DNA of 64,000 bases from Amphiscolops sp. MND2022 (taxonomy: Eukaryota), in contig OZ076409.1 in NCBI GenBank assembly GCA_964187785.1, forward strand, positions 86,428,001 through 86,492,000. Direction: 5' to 3'. The position numbers and the translations under genes are program-made. Under the pieces are notes generated by a model. That model saw only the letters and a program-made list of their open reading frames with translations, was not told where the DNA came from and did no database searches. How positions within the stretch are numbered: position 1 is the first letter of the stretch; every line of letters begins with the position of its first letter. This document shows positions 1 through 11,229 of the stretch, piece by piece.

Positions 1-1
1 A

Positions 2-1351
2 CTTGACAATTTCTCCTCTATTGTTGTGAACAGGAATGATTGCTGTTTGTAGCAAAACTTGAGCAGTTGTAGTGGCGGCTGCGGTAACTACTGTGTTTTC
101 GTGTGCCGAATTTGCAGCAGGCCTGTCAATATGTAACAATGAGTTGTGGGCTGCGCTGCATGCCTTGCATCTGAATTTTGATTGACATTTCTTAGCAGTG
201 TGATCCGGTTTCAGACAATTGAAGCACAATTTCTTCTCTAATGCAAACTGTCTGCGATCTGTAACGTCCATTGCACGAAATGAGTTACAACTGAACAGCT
301 TGTGTGACTCGCCACACTTGATGCAACAGCTTGTTGTGTTTGTCACTGCATTGCTTGACTTGTCAACTTCCACTTTACTTTTATTGACAGCATGCATAGA
401 ATTACTCCCCTTGTTTGATTGATGAGCTGCTTCCAATGCATGGCAGCGAGCAGTCATAAAAGAACTCAGTTGAGCATAGGTCTGCAGTGCAGTGCCTGGA
501 TGAGTCAATTCCCACTGACGGCGCGATTCAGGGTCCATTTTCTTTGAAGTATGATAAACGAGAAAAATGTCCATTTGGTCCATTGGCTGACCAAGGGCTG
601 TTAATGCAAGTCGAGCTTCATCAACTGTTTGCCACAATGAACGCAAGCCTTGATAACTGTCTTGTTTGGCTGAAGGTGCTTCGGCAATAGCAGCTATATG
701 CTCTCTAACGATTGCCCGTGTATTTTCATACCTTGTTCGCAACATGTCTCGAGCCACTTGATAATTTGCATCAGTGGTGGTGAGAGAAGAAATTAATCTG
801 TGTGGCTCACCCTTCAGAGCGCCTTTCAAGTAGAACAACTTTTGGCTATTAGATAAGTTTTGATTGTTATCTACCGAACCATTGAATAAATCAACGAAAG
901 AGGGCCATGCTGAATATGTTCCAGTAAATTGTGGCAAATCCAGTTTTGGCAATCGCAGTCGCGCAGCGTCATTTTCGACTCTGTTGCCGCGAACTGCTGG
1001 GGCATCTTGAACACTACGACGTTCGACAGTCAATACAAACTTCTCAATTGATTGAATTGCTCGAACAATGTTTCCGCTGTATTGATCACAAATCGTAAGT
1101 TCGTTGTCCATATCATCAATATTTATTCTGTCATGAATTTCTGAATTCAACTGATCTAGTGAGTTGTCCAATTTGCGAAGGACTTCTTTTTGTGTATTCA
1201 ATTCGAGTAAATCGTTCGGCGTGCTGTTTTCGGGTGCGGCTTGAACTAGTTCAGCGACTTGATTACATCTGCGTGTAACATTCCCACGAACGCCGCCACG
1301 CTCGCGCGTCAAGCGGTCAAGTCCATTATCGTTTGAATTAACTTCTTCCAT
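2..1351 (-). CDS. gag: BEL/Pao retrotransposon Gag(-protease) ORF, open for 450 codons and running off the window edge
   Basis: Hand translation from ATG at 1351 found no stop: MEEVNSNDNGLDRLTRERGG...RLRLPKLDLPQFTGTYSAWPSFVDLF (DUF1759-like), then Cys/His knuckles CIKCGESHKLFSC, CFNCLKPDHTAKKC, CKACSAAHNSLLH, then QVLLQTAIIPV (lead-in to protease). It is absent from the ORF track, probably because it has no stop inside the window. Confidence 0.9.
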   Translation of the reverse strand, partial: MEEVNSNDNGLDRLTRERGGVRGNVTRRCNQVAELVQAAPENSTPNDLLELNTQKEVLRKLDNSLDQLNSEIHDRINIDDMDNELTICDQYSGNIVRAIQSIEKFVLTVERRSVQDAPAVRGNRVENDAARLRLPKLDLPQFTGTYSAWPSFVDLFNGSVDNNQNLSNSQKLFYLKGALKGEPHRLISSLTTTDANYQVARDMLRTRYENTRAIVREHIAAIAEAPSAKQDSYQGLRSLWQTVDEARLALTALGQPMDQMDIFLVYHTSKKMDPESRRQWELTHPGTALQTYAQLSSFMTARCHALEAAHQSNKGSNSMHAVNKSKVEVDKSSNAVTNTTSCCIKCGESHKLFSCNSFRAMDVTDRRQFALEKKLCFNCLKPDHTAKKCQSKFRCKACSAAHNSLLHIDRPAANSAHENTVVTAAATTTAQVLLQTAIIPVHNNRGEIVK

Positions 1352-1400
1352 CGCTACTTCGGATTTCAGAAATTAATCGTAGAAAGGTAAAGAGGTTGTC

Positions 1401-1423
1401 TTCGAGCCTCTCAATGGCCACCA
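1401..1423 (-). promoter_or_regulatory. Primer-binding site (PBS) of the BEL/Pao element
   Basis: The plus strand reads TTCGAGC-CTCTC-AATGGCC-ACCA, matching a tRNA T-loop, 3' T-stem, 3' acceptor strand and ACCA. It lies 3 nt from an LTR-like end (AACA on the minus strand, 1427). tRNA-Ile identity is a guess from the GGCC acceptor stem. Confidence 0.75.
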
Positions 1424-1426
1424 AAA

Positions 1427-1620
1427 TGTTAGTGCTTAGATTAACTAACGGAATCCTTTTGTTCTTTTACACTGCAAATTGTTCCGTGATTGTTTTGTAT
1501 ATAATTGTAATTCAGTTATTTGAATGAAAACTTGTTTTGTAACAGAGCTTTATTCGAGACGATAATTGATTATAGCGGTAAATGTCACAAAGTGTGATCA
1601 AAACATGAAATCATTCAACA
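1427..1620 (-). repeat. 5' LTR of the BEL/Pao element (outer end approximate)
   Basis: Lies directly upstream of the PBS and ends in AACA. The outer boundary (1605 or about 1623) cannot be fixed without the second LTR. Confidence 0.55.
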
Positions 1621-1639
1621 ACATTAGCTTCAAGTCATA

Positions 1640-2168
1640 CTAATATTTCATGGCTCTTTATCATTGGTTTATCTTGAATAATCTTGAATAAAATACATGT
1701 CGAAACTTCGAAATTTCAGGTTTTGTCCCAAACAGATGTCGATATGCTCGCAACAACCGAACCCGGAAATTCACATTTCGAAGAAGCTCAAGAAGATGTG
1801 CAGATCGTAGACGGTGAAGTGAGTTGGGATGAAGAATGCGTTGAAGTGGTGATTGCATGTTCTGACGCACTTAAAAGTTTGGCTAACGTGGAACAATTTC
1901 TGCAGGGACAAGACGATGGATGGAACTATATGCGAAATTTCGAGAAAATACGGCAGTTTGTGGTGCGAAAGAGAAATGACAACTTTCAACAGCCATCAAT
2001 TACTGCATATTTCAATACACTTTAATTATTTGAATTAAATCGTGTATTGTCACATTTTCCCATTTTGTTACATAATGTGATATTAGACGAATTCGGATTA
2101 TGTCACGTTCGTTTAATATCACCTTTTCTAATCACACCAAGGAATGTGATATTAGGCAAACTATACTG
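1640..2168 (+). mobile_element. 3' remnant of a pogo/Tigger-like DNA transposon
   Basis: ORF 1684-2025 has an acidic tract, then DALKSLANVEQF...QQPSITAYF, the typical CENP-B/Tigger C-terminus. The element ends in ...CTATACTG followed by TA (2169-2170). Confidence 0.7.
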
Positions 2169-2570
2169 TATTTGGTAAGGTTGGGATGAGTTTGAGGAAA
2201 ATATCTCCGGTTTTCACGTATTTTACCAACAAGATGTTCGCCCCTCGTTTTAAAAAATGTTTCCAGCTTAGAAAACGGGTTTTGTGAGCCTGCAGGGTCA
2301 CAGTTTAGCGTAATTTTGATCAGAAGTTTCTAGAAAAAAATCCCATATTCCGGTTTTTGTGATAACTTCAGTTGAGAAATTCTTTACAACCTAAAAAGTT
2401 CCCATTAGAAACTTTATATCAGGGTTAAAAATTCGCAGTACCACTGTGCCTCTTGTTCAATTACGCTTCGGTTATCTTTGCAATATCGCCCATGACCTTC
2501 GTTTTGGCAAGCACTGGAATTCAATTAATCTACCAAAATTTCAGTAACGAAAACATGAAAAGAACTAACA

Positions 2571-3162
2571 TATTTTGTAGCTTCGGCCGTAGATCTAACG
2601 CAAAAAGAACCTGGACCTGTTCCATGCACAAACATTGCATCGAACTGTTTTTTCAACTTCATCTTTGGCAGTAAGTTGGTAGCCTCAACCATTCTGCTGT
2701 GAAAAGCTTCTTTGGGTCGTTTTTCATTCTGGTATGTGGTATTTGCTTCAGGTTTCGTAGAAGAGAGGTTTTTACCATTTTCTTTCTCCGGGTTACTTGT
2801 TTCCAAGTTTTGCTTCTGCTGGTTGTTTTGTTGCTGACTTTTCTCATTGGTTTGTTGCTGAGATCTCATTTCAGTGCAAGCTGACTCTGAAGATGAATAG
2901 TCATCGAACAAATCTTCAATTAAACTGTAGCCAAGTCTGTACACGTTGTCAAAGCCATTGCACGTACTTCTCAGCCTCTTGAAAATTTCCAACTCACAGC
3001 CCTCATTTGCAATTAGAAGATCTAACATATTATACAATTGTTTCAATTTTTCATCCAAAAGCGAGGATATTGAATCAATAATTTTGTCTTTTATCTCGGC
3101 AGCATGTTTCACACTGCTTTTTGATTCCCGAATAATGGATGATCTTGCCATTGATGACCTCT
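2571..3162 (-). CDS. Probable host exon, protein unknown (end weakly resembles the N-terminal strands of an extended Tudor domain)
   Basis: Open frame inside ORF 2525-3256, bounded by a TTTCAG acceptor (about 3163) and a GTTAGT donor (about 2570). Gln/Asn-rich linker followed by FDAMFVHGTGPGSFCVR. Confidence 0.35.
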
Positions 3163-3215
3163 GAAACAGATCAAACTGGACTGTTGAGTCTATAATAAAA
3201 AGCCACAATATGTTG

Positions 3216-3700
3216 CAGGGAGGTTCAATCAATAACTGAAAAAACAATCCTTGCAATAATGGCCAAAAATTATTGACTGGAAATTATCCCCCTCCCCAAT
3301 TATTGATTGCTAATTTCCCAAATATTGCCAATTTTTCAGATGATCATTTCAAAACGCATAACCATAGTTTGTCAAATTTTTTCAAAAGGCAGAGGACGGG
3401 GAAGGAAAAAGACAATGGCGCTGTGAATGTGATAAATTGAAAAGACAGGAGGGATCTGGCTGGATAAACATCCGAATGCTTATCTCGCAACATCTGGACG
3501 CTGCCAAACAATTGCAAAAGAAGTGCGATCCAGCGCAAGCAACACTTTTGACGAAGAAGAAGGTTAAATGTATACTCTTGTCTAGATTGTGTTTGTAACG
3601 ATCTTATTCCTTTTAGGTTCGTTGATCTGCCCAATACCAGAAAATTACGGTATCTATGTTCTAGAAACTGTGAGCGACAGGGATGCGTTTGAAAAATTTA
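3216..3700 (+). mobile_element. Degenerate hAT-like transposon 5' fragment, same group as the 43-46 kb elements
   Basis: Starts CAGGG at 3216 with CAAT/ATTG subterminal repeats. Translates as EDGEGKRQWRCECDKLKRQEGSGWINI...QH (BED-like) and DLIPFRFVDLPNTRK, matching the 44.7-kb FSFVEKPLVRK motif. Confidence 0.55.
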
Positions 3701-4000
3701 ATAAATATAGATTTTTTGAAACCTGTTTTTCAGGTATGGAACCAGTTTGTAGAATTTTTTCCACAAACTGGACCATGGTATTATTTTGAAATAGGCCCAG
3801 TTTGTAGAAATCAACAATTCAAGAAGAAAAACAATAAGACCAATAATGTAGGAATGATGCAATGTATAAAACGTGCCTCGGATATGTCCCAATTTCCTCT
3901 AGTGCCCCGCGGACCCTTAGGGCCGCTTATGTTCCCATCTTTGGCCATCACAAACGGCTTTGTTATATAACAACCCAAGCTCGACATGATTGTGAGAAAA

Positions 4001-4081
4001 TAGCCATTACAGGACTCGAACCTGCATCTCAAGACAGATCTAGCTAGCAGTCAAGCGCCTTAACCCTTAGACCAAATGGCT
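4001..4081 (-). pseudogene. tRNA-Ser(GCU)-like pseudogene or SINE head
   Basis: Perfect 7-bp acceptor stem AGCCATT/AATGGCT, D-stem GTC/GGC, T-arm GCAGG-TTCGAGT-CCTGT, long variable arm and loop CTGCTAG. The anticodon stem pairs poorly (CTTGA/CTAGA). Confidence 0.6.
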
Positions 4082-4089
4082 TATTTAAT

Positions 4090-5427
4090 CTCACCAATCA
4101 TTCGACTTATCACTAACAACGCCGTTGTTATAGTTATTGTACTTGGTTCAATTTATTTTTCTATCGGATTTACTTTCAGCTCACCTTTCGGGACCAGTTT
4201 ATTCCTCCTTGGTGATAGCCATTCTCTACCATTGATCGACTTCGTTTCATTTTTCGCAATGAGACGTCTGGCATTCGTTACGTAACTGTCGTTCACTTGT
4301 AATCCGCAAAACACTTATCACAAAAGCTTGAGTGAATTTCCGTTGAAGTCCACATATCTTTCGTCTTCGATAATTGGGCATACTTGTAATTTTTCTCCCT
4401 CTATTATTCGTTTTACTTCGTCCAGCGCAAAGATAGCTACCGGAGAGGCGGTGTCTATCACGGCATTGAATCTATCACTATTGATAGATCACTCCACGTA
4501 ATATGGTTTCGACTCATCGTTGCCTGCATCCACTTTCGAAACCATGTCCTGTCATCTTCGCCATATTTTTCTGAATCGACCCTTTGTACTTTTTTGCCAG
4601 TACCTCTTGCCAACTCTCAGGTTAAAGTCTTTTGGTTGCACACTCTTTCGAGATGCAACTTTCTCCCGCAATAGTTGCACATAGCGTTTGAACCTTTGCA
4701 CTTGTTCAACTGATCTAATGTAAAACTCCCTGCACCGCATCTCCAGCATTCTCTTTGGTTACAACTACTTCCTGCGCAAATGGACTCTTCCTTCACATTC
4801 GGTTCTTGTCTAATTTACCCAGAAGATTTCTGTCTTTTCAGACCGTCTTCGAAAGCAATGGCGCTCTGTATATATAGTTTTTTTAAACTTGCTTTTTATT
4901 CATGTTCAGGACGAAATTGTCATGTACGAACGCTTTAGTTTGGTTTCTGAAGCCGCAACGGGCAGCAAGTCCGTTAAGCACGTTCCAAAATTGATGTAAC
5001 GTTTCCGTGGGTTATTGTTTTCTCGAGAGAAAATTGTGTCGATCCAACCCCCGATTTCGACGTGTTTGAAAACATTCCATGCAGTTTCGTACTAGATCTC
5101 GTAAGTCAATTAGCAGAATATTTGGGAGTTTATCGATCAGCATTTTTCTTCCAGTTTTTCCACTGGATACGTACAATAAACTTACTAGTTTTCTTTTCGC
5201 GGGTACGTCTTCTAAAGTCCTCATCATGGCAGCAACTCTCGGGTTTTATTAGCCACCGACTCGCAAAAGTTCAGTCATTGAGATTGAGTGTCTGGCTAAG
5301 ACAGCAACCTCAAAAAGCTGCCCTCACTGTTCCCAATCGTATGCTGGCGGTTTTTCCGTCTTCTGCCAGAATTAACTGAGGCCCGGAAGGGGTGAATTTG
5401 AACTGTCTTCTTCGTCTCGCTGCGCCA
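4090..5427 (-). mobile_element. Degenerate Ty3/Gypsy gag-protease fragment with tRNA-Ser PBS
   Basis: Gag motif RGLDRHNFLSRKQ; protease motif AVIDTASPVAIFAL...KSINGREWL; many stops. PBS TGGCGCAGCGAG at 5416-5427 complements the 3' end of a tRNA-Ser (CTCGCTGCG-CCA). Confidence 0.75.
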
Positions 5428-5589
5428 TGTTGTAGCTCAAGCTCAGTGATAACTAGCTGAATAGATGAAAACTGTAACGGGATGTAAACTGTGTTGAATG
5501 ACGTATCATGTGGATGTGGCTAGATTTCTGATATTGCCACTTTTGCTTTTTGGCAGGTTGTCATTAATTGACAATTTTCACACAACTGT

Positions 5590-7030
5590 ATTCACATTAA
5601 GGAAGGTGATAAAGTAGCGCTCTACCACAAGCACTCAGGCGTATAGTGGTTGACGGTGTTTTTGCACTTTCAACTTTATCGCCTTCGCTTTCGCTACTGT
5701 AATGAAGGTAACCTGTGAACCAGGATCTAACAAGGCTCGTAGATGTACCTTTTGACCTGCTTTATTGTGGATGGGTACCATTGTTGCTGGAATTAGGGCA
5801 CCCGCGTTTGGAGGTTTACACCCACAATGCACAGTCAAAACAGACGTATCGGCTACTGACAAGCAGAACTAGCTATTGTTGTACTGGTAGAAGTTGACAC
5901 CCTCGCTGTTGGCTCGTTAGACCCATCGTGCGATGTTATCACAGGCTTTGGTCGGTGAAGTAGTGTGTGGTGTTTGGCTTTGCAAACCCTGCAGTTGAAT
6001 TTAGAACCGTATTCGCTCACACTGTGCCCAGTCTGCAAGCAATTGAAACAAGCACTCTTGTTCTTCACTGAGTCGTACTGACATCTTCTTGACTTCCTGT
6101 CAAGCATGAAGTTTATGTTCAACGTAACATGTTTCACTACACGTCACTGAGGCTGCCTAAGACTGATGCCGCGGCTCACGTTGAATGCTCATCTTGTTGG
6201 ATTGGGGAATGGTTTTGATTGCACCGCTCCCTAATACCCGGCTTCTTTCATCAATTTCATCAAGGAACTTGGATAAGTCATCCCAGTGAAAGACCTTTTT
6301 GTCAGGGTGTTTGAGTTGCCATTGCTTGCGTGACTCTGCATCAAGCTTGTTAGCGATGCAGAAAATCAATACGGCAGTCCTTTGGTTCACTGGTTGACCC
6401 AAAGCTTCTAGTGCACTCAGGTGCTCGTTGGTGGTTTCGTGAAGTTTCCTTAGGCCGGAACCTGATTCTACCTTCACGGACGACTGGGACAATATGGTTT
6501 GTCAATGAGCATGCACTATACTTCGTGTGTTGTCGTATCTGTCCTTCAATAGCTAACATGTGATAATTGGCATGTGTGATTCTAAGAGAGCAGAATATCT
6601 TTCCTGCATCGCCTTCTTTGCATGCCTTTAGGTAATTTAAGGTAATTTAGTCTCTCAGAGTCCGATAAAGGTCTCCTTGAGCACACTGATGCTTCGAAGA
6701 GGTCACTGAAGGGTAAGCAACTGGTGTAGGCTCCAGTGAATATTGGAATTTGGAGCTTCGATAAACGCATGCTTCCTGCAGTTGACGGACTTGAAGAGGT
6801 TGATGCAGCTGCCGTAAGCCCCGCCTTCAACTTGGCCTTGCTGTTGTCGATAAAAGCACTGAGTCTAGCTACGTTCATCCTAGTCTGGTAGTCTGAAGAT
6901 ACCTCCTGTTCTTGTGGTAACTCGATATCGTCTTCAATTTTGAGCTCGTTCAGCGTCCCATCTGAGGATTGTTTTGTTCTTGTTCTGAAATGTAGACAGT
7001 AGCACCTCTGCTTCACACAGCTTCTCACTA
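5590..7030 (-). mobile_element. Degenerate BEL/Pao gag-protease fragment
   Basis: LSKLQIPIFTGAYTS (DUF1759-like), CFNCLQTGHSVSE..CRVCKAKHHTLLH knuckles and protease LRALLDPGSQVTFIT. Frameshifted across four ORFs. Confidence 0.85.
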
Positions 7031-7439
7031 GTACCTGCGTGATCTGTTACGAGGTCATCAACTTTGCTCTCGTACTTTGTGAAGGCCGCCTTGTGTCCTG
7101 CCTCACACGCACATTTTTGTGAAAATATTCTTCCCAGTTGTTTGGATCTGCTTCAGCCATATCCGGGTCGGCAGACCATATGTTTGCACCGATGTCCCTC
7201 TTTCGGATGCGAGAATGCCTGGCTCGTAGCTCATGACGTAGAATCGCCCTCGGTTATATAATAGCGGACCACCTGACCACTATCAAGAAAAAAGACCGGT
7301 TTTCGGCGGAAGAGACTCAAACAAAACTGATTGAAAGCCTCATAAGCTTTAATAAACTAAACGGTTATTGCTTTTTGCATGTTTTTGCAGTTCAAGACAG
7401 TTCACACAGCTCCCATCATGGGAGTGAAGTTTTTGACAG

Positions 7440-7605
7440 TTAAATTCCGACGAAGAGCACGATCACATCGTACCGACCTTTTAACAGGTAAGAAAGGTCT
7501 CACGTCTTCAACTTGTGCATCTGATAGGACGAGAGTATTCAAGTTAGGGAATGTCAGGTTCCTTCGTTGTGAATCCGTGATAATCAGGTTACGAGTGCGC
7601 GAGGT
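7440..7605 (-). pseudogene. SGNH/GDSL esterase-like coding remnant
   Basis: Hand translation gives NLIITDSQRRNLTFPNLNTLVLSDAQVEDVRPFLP, then after a frameshift GRYDVIVLFVG. This resembles SGNH blocks I-III. Confidence 0.5.
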
Positions 7606-8572
7606 CTTGAAGAGTTGATATCGAATGAGGAATTATCAAATAGAAATGTCGTGAGGGAAAACACTACTTGCAGGATGTTTCTGTTTGATAAGTTTTCTTC
7701 TGAAGCTTAAATGCAACACTTAGGCTAACCTAAACAACGACAATATGTACCTGTAATAATAACTACATATAAATTACATTCATAACAATGGCTTACTAGC
7801 GAGATGACTCGAAAATTTGAGAACTTGATGTGATTCTGCTACGAAGGTGTTAGAGATCAACATTGCGTTGCCTTTTTGATGTTATCGGCAAGTAATCTCT
7901 TGCATACCTTGTTCATTCAAACCTCAAAAGTTTTGAAGCTTCAAACCTCAAAGTAGTGGCTGTGACAACTTGTCTGGAAAACTCTCACAGATGAGAGGGT
8001 TGCAATGAAAACATAACGTCAAATGATATAAATTATTGAAAAAAAAAATCAAACAAATGTTTTTCTCTGACCCGCCATGTTCTAAGAGTTCCACTTTTTT
8101 CTTCAGTACAAGTCTTGTCTTGATACTAAAAACCTCAGATGTTTTGATCGTCAGTGGGTATAAGCGTGATATTTAAAGTTCTCAAGCTGCCGACAACAAT
8201 TCGTTTCTCGTACGATGGAACGAGCGAGTGGTAATTATTCATTCGTACGCCGAATTCAATAAGATGAAGCGAGCAAATGTTCGTAATTATGCCTAATTGT
8301 TGTGATAAACCTATTAATTAAAGACGTTATTGATTGTTCATTTTTCACTGGAATCACTAAACTAGCAATCAAACGTCTTGCACGACGGAAGAATTGAGAA
8401 ATTTCTGGACACTCTGGTATCTGGAACTTTTCTGCGAAGGTGGTCGCCAACTGAACTCAATCAAGAATTGTTAGTTCATTCCTATTTCTTCATTACTTTC
8501 TGACAGATAGTATCATTTGGAAAAAAAATAAAGAAAAATAGCAGAGAACAGAAAGAAAGGAAGAGAAGAGCA

Positions 8573-11030
8573 TTGGACAGAAGGAAAAGAAGAGAAAAAA
8601 AAAGATCAAGGGAGCACATGCGTAGGGGCTCCAGATACAATCATGCAAAAATGAGAACCCGAGAAAATAGATTGGCCTCGCTCAGTGAACATCAGTGTGG
8701 AGATTGTGCTAACGCGCAACAAAACAGTAAGTGGATAGGATGCGAAAAATGCAAAGTGTGGATACACGCCAAATGCGGAAACATCCCGGAGGTCATCTTT
8801 GGTTCCTCGTCAACTCGGAGAACTTCAAATTTTTCTGCAATTCTTGCAAGGGGGAACCGATAACGGACGAGAAAGAGCCTGACATCGATATCCCAGCCCT
8901 AAAGAAAGAAATAGTTGAAACAATATAGAAGACAATGAAGAGCGCAAGCTACAAAGAAAAGCTACAAACAACTCCCCAAACGGCACTACCGAAACCTTTG
9001 GTGAAAACATTGACGCAACAATGTTCAGAGTCGGAAGCTGAAACAACAGCAGAACAATTGAAACGGTCTCGCGTAGTGCTAAAGCCAATGGACAATGAAA
9101 TCAAAACAAGTGTCGCGATCAGGAGAGAGTTCAACAAAACGTTCAAGGCAATTAGTATAAAGCACTGCAGAGTAACGAGTGGAGGGTCAATACTTTTTAA
9201 ATTCGAAGACAAACAAGCAGCGCAAGCTGTGGACAATCGTTGGAAACTAGAACTCTTTGGAGGGAACAAAGGCATCAAAACCCCTGGGGAGTACAATACA
9301 TGCGGTGTAGTCAAGCACACATACCAAGCCCTGACGGAAGAAGAAATAGTAACAGGAATTCAAGACAGTTTCCCTAAAGCACAGTGCGAGCTTTTCAGAA
9401 GTAAAACGGACAATAAAACTATCGGAATGGTGAAGGTGGACTTCAAAAGTAGACAGAGCCTACAAAAAGCGATAGATAGCAAGTTGAGTATGTACAGTCA
9501 GATATACATAGTTGAGGATAATAAAACGTAGACCAGAGTTATCAAGTATCCGAATTGCCAGGTATATGGTCATGTGCATCGGTACTGCTTTGAAGAGATT
9601 CAATGTGGGAAGTGTGACAACAAGCATGACACACGATTATGTACCGTAACAGAGTTTAAATGCCATCACTGTAAGGGGAACCATAAAGCAGGAACCATAG
9701 ACTGTCCAGTCTACATTGAAAATATGGAAAAATTCTCATATCAGTAGAATTCATGGCGAATCCACGCCCAGAGAGAAAGCGAACCCGGTAAAATATGTTC
9801 TGTCAACATATGTGGGTTTTCAGAGAAAAGCCGATTTTTGCTCAATCAGTGTATCTTCGAGAGAAACCCAGGTTTTATTTGCCTGCAAGAAACTGGGACC
9901 TTCAAGAAGTCAAACATCATTAACATGGCTACCTATCAAGACACCAATAAACAACAGAACAAAGGATGCGCAATTCTTGTGATGAATGGACTGAGCTTCA
10001 CACAACTGGTTGATATATCTGAGCAATCAAAAAGCATAGGACCCGTTTGGGGGGTTTTGGAATGGGACGGAGCTAGGTTCCTGGTTGGTTATACGTATCT
10101 GAAATTCGGTTATCAAAGAGGAGTTACGGAATTCCTCAAGATGTTGAAATGTGCGAAACCATGGTGCAAAGGGATAATCACTATGAGGGACATCAACGCT
10201 CGACATCTATCATGGGATGAGAAGACAAACACGTACGGCGAATATTGACAAATAACCTGAACTGTGAAGATTTCACAACCATAACAACAGAGACGCCAAC
10301 TTTCATTGCGGCAAATGAATGTAGTAAAATTGATTTCATGGTGATATCTAGCAACCTAACAGGCAAGACAACAAACATTTGCACCAATGAACTGGCCAAC
10401 CTTGATACGGGTGCACCGGCGAGGGGACACATACCTGTATGGGCAACCCTCCTTGGCAGGAAGTCCAGAAAGGCAAATCCTGTAGTCGAGAAACTGGATC
10501 TTCAATCAATGATTTCGTTCAATTGGACGACAGAAAAAGAGGAGCAATTAACAAAGGGTGTCGAAGAACCGAAAAACGAAGCTGAATGAGTGCTACAAGC
10601 TGTGGGACAATATTCGATTGGTGATTGAAACCTCAACTACCCGAAATTGTCAGAGAAAACGAATTTCTCCCCACTCCAAACCGTACTGGACCGAGGAACT
10701 TCCAGCTATTTCAAGAAATATGCGGAAAGCAGCTTTAACATCCTACCTGACCAGACACACGGACAACAGCCTCGAGGATTATAGGAGATGGAAAGAAGTT
10801 TTTGAGAATACCAAAAAGAATGCTCTAGAAGATCACTTGTCACATGAAACTTCCAAACTCAAAAGAGCGCAAGCAGAAAGTTTTTGGAGGCAGTTGAAGC
10901 GTATAACAAAATCTAAAACAAGCAATCAAATTGAATCACTCTGGAACGACCGGAAAAAAATACTGTCAGGAAATGTAAAAATTGAACACGAAATGTTCGA
11001 AACGTTTTTCGAAGCAAATTCGTCTACGCT
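8573..11030 (+). mobile_element. 5' half of a LINE (I/Jockey-like): ORF1 with PHD finger and CCHC knuckles, ORF2 APE endonuclease; degenerate
   Basis: PHD: CGDC...WIGCEKCKVWIHAKC...FFCNSC (8690-8850). Knuckles CQVYGHVHRYC, CGKCDNKHDTRLC, CHHCKGNHKA (9540-9710). APE motifs ICLQETG, DINARH, SKIDF, GHIP. Stops before the reverse transcriptase (RT). Confidence 0.85.
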
Positions 11031-11229
11031 TAGTAGTTGTATTTTCCTATTAGTAGTTCGAGAAGATAAAAAGGCGGTCTAAACTGGTAGAGTAATGAAT
11101 TGTGCGCTTCATAGGTGATTAAGGTATGCTTCTATCATTGAAAATGAAAGCCTAAAAACAGAAATGATAGTATGCCCAGCAGGGGCCTATTTTTGTAAAA
11201 AAAACTTCAGCACTGCAATACAAATCCGA

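Noticed and set aside
3163-3256. N-terminal part of the 243-aa ORF 2525-3256
   Set aside because: It starts at a TTG inside the hAT-like terminus and crosses an intron-like tract; only the downstream exon is plausible.
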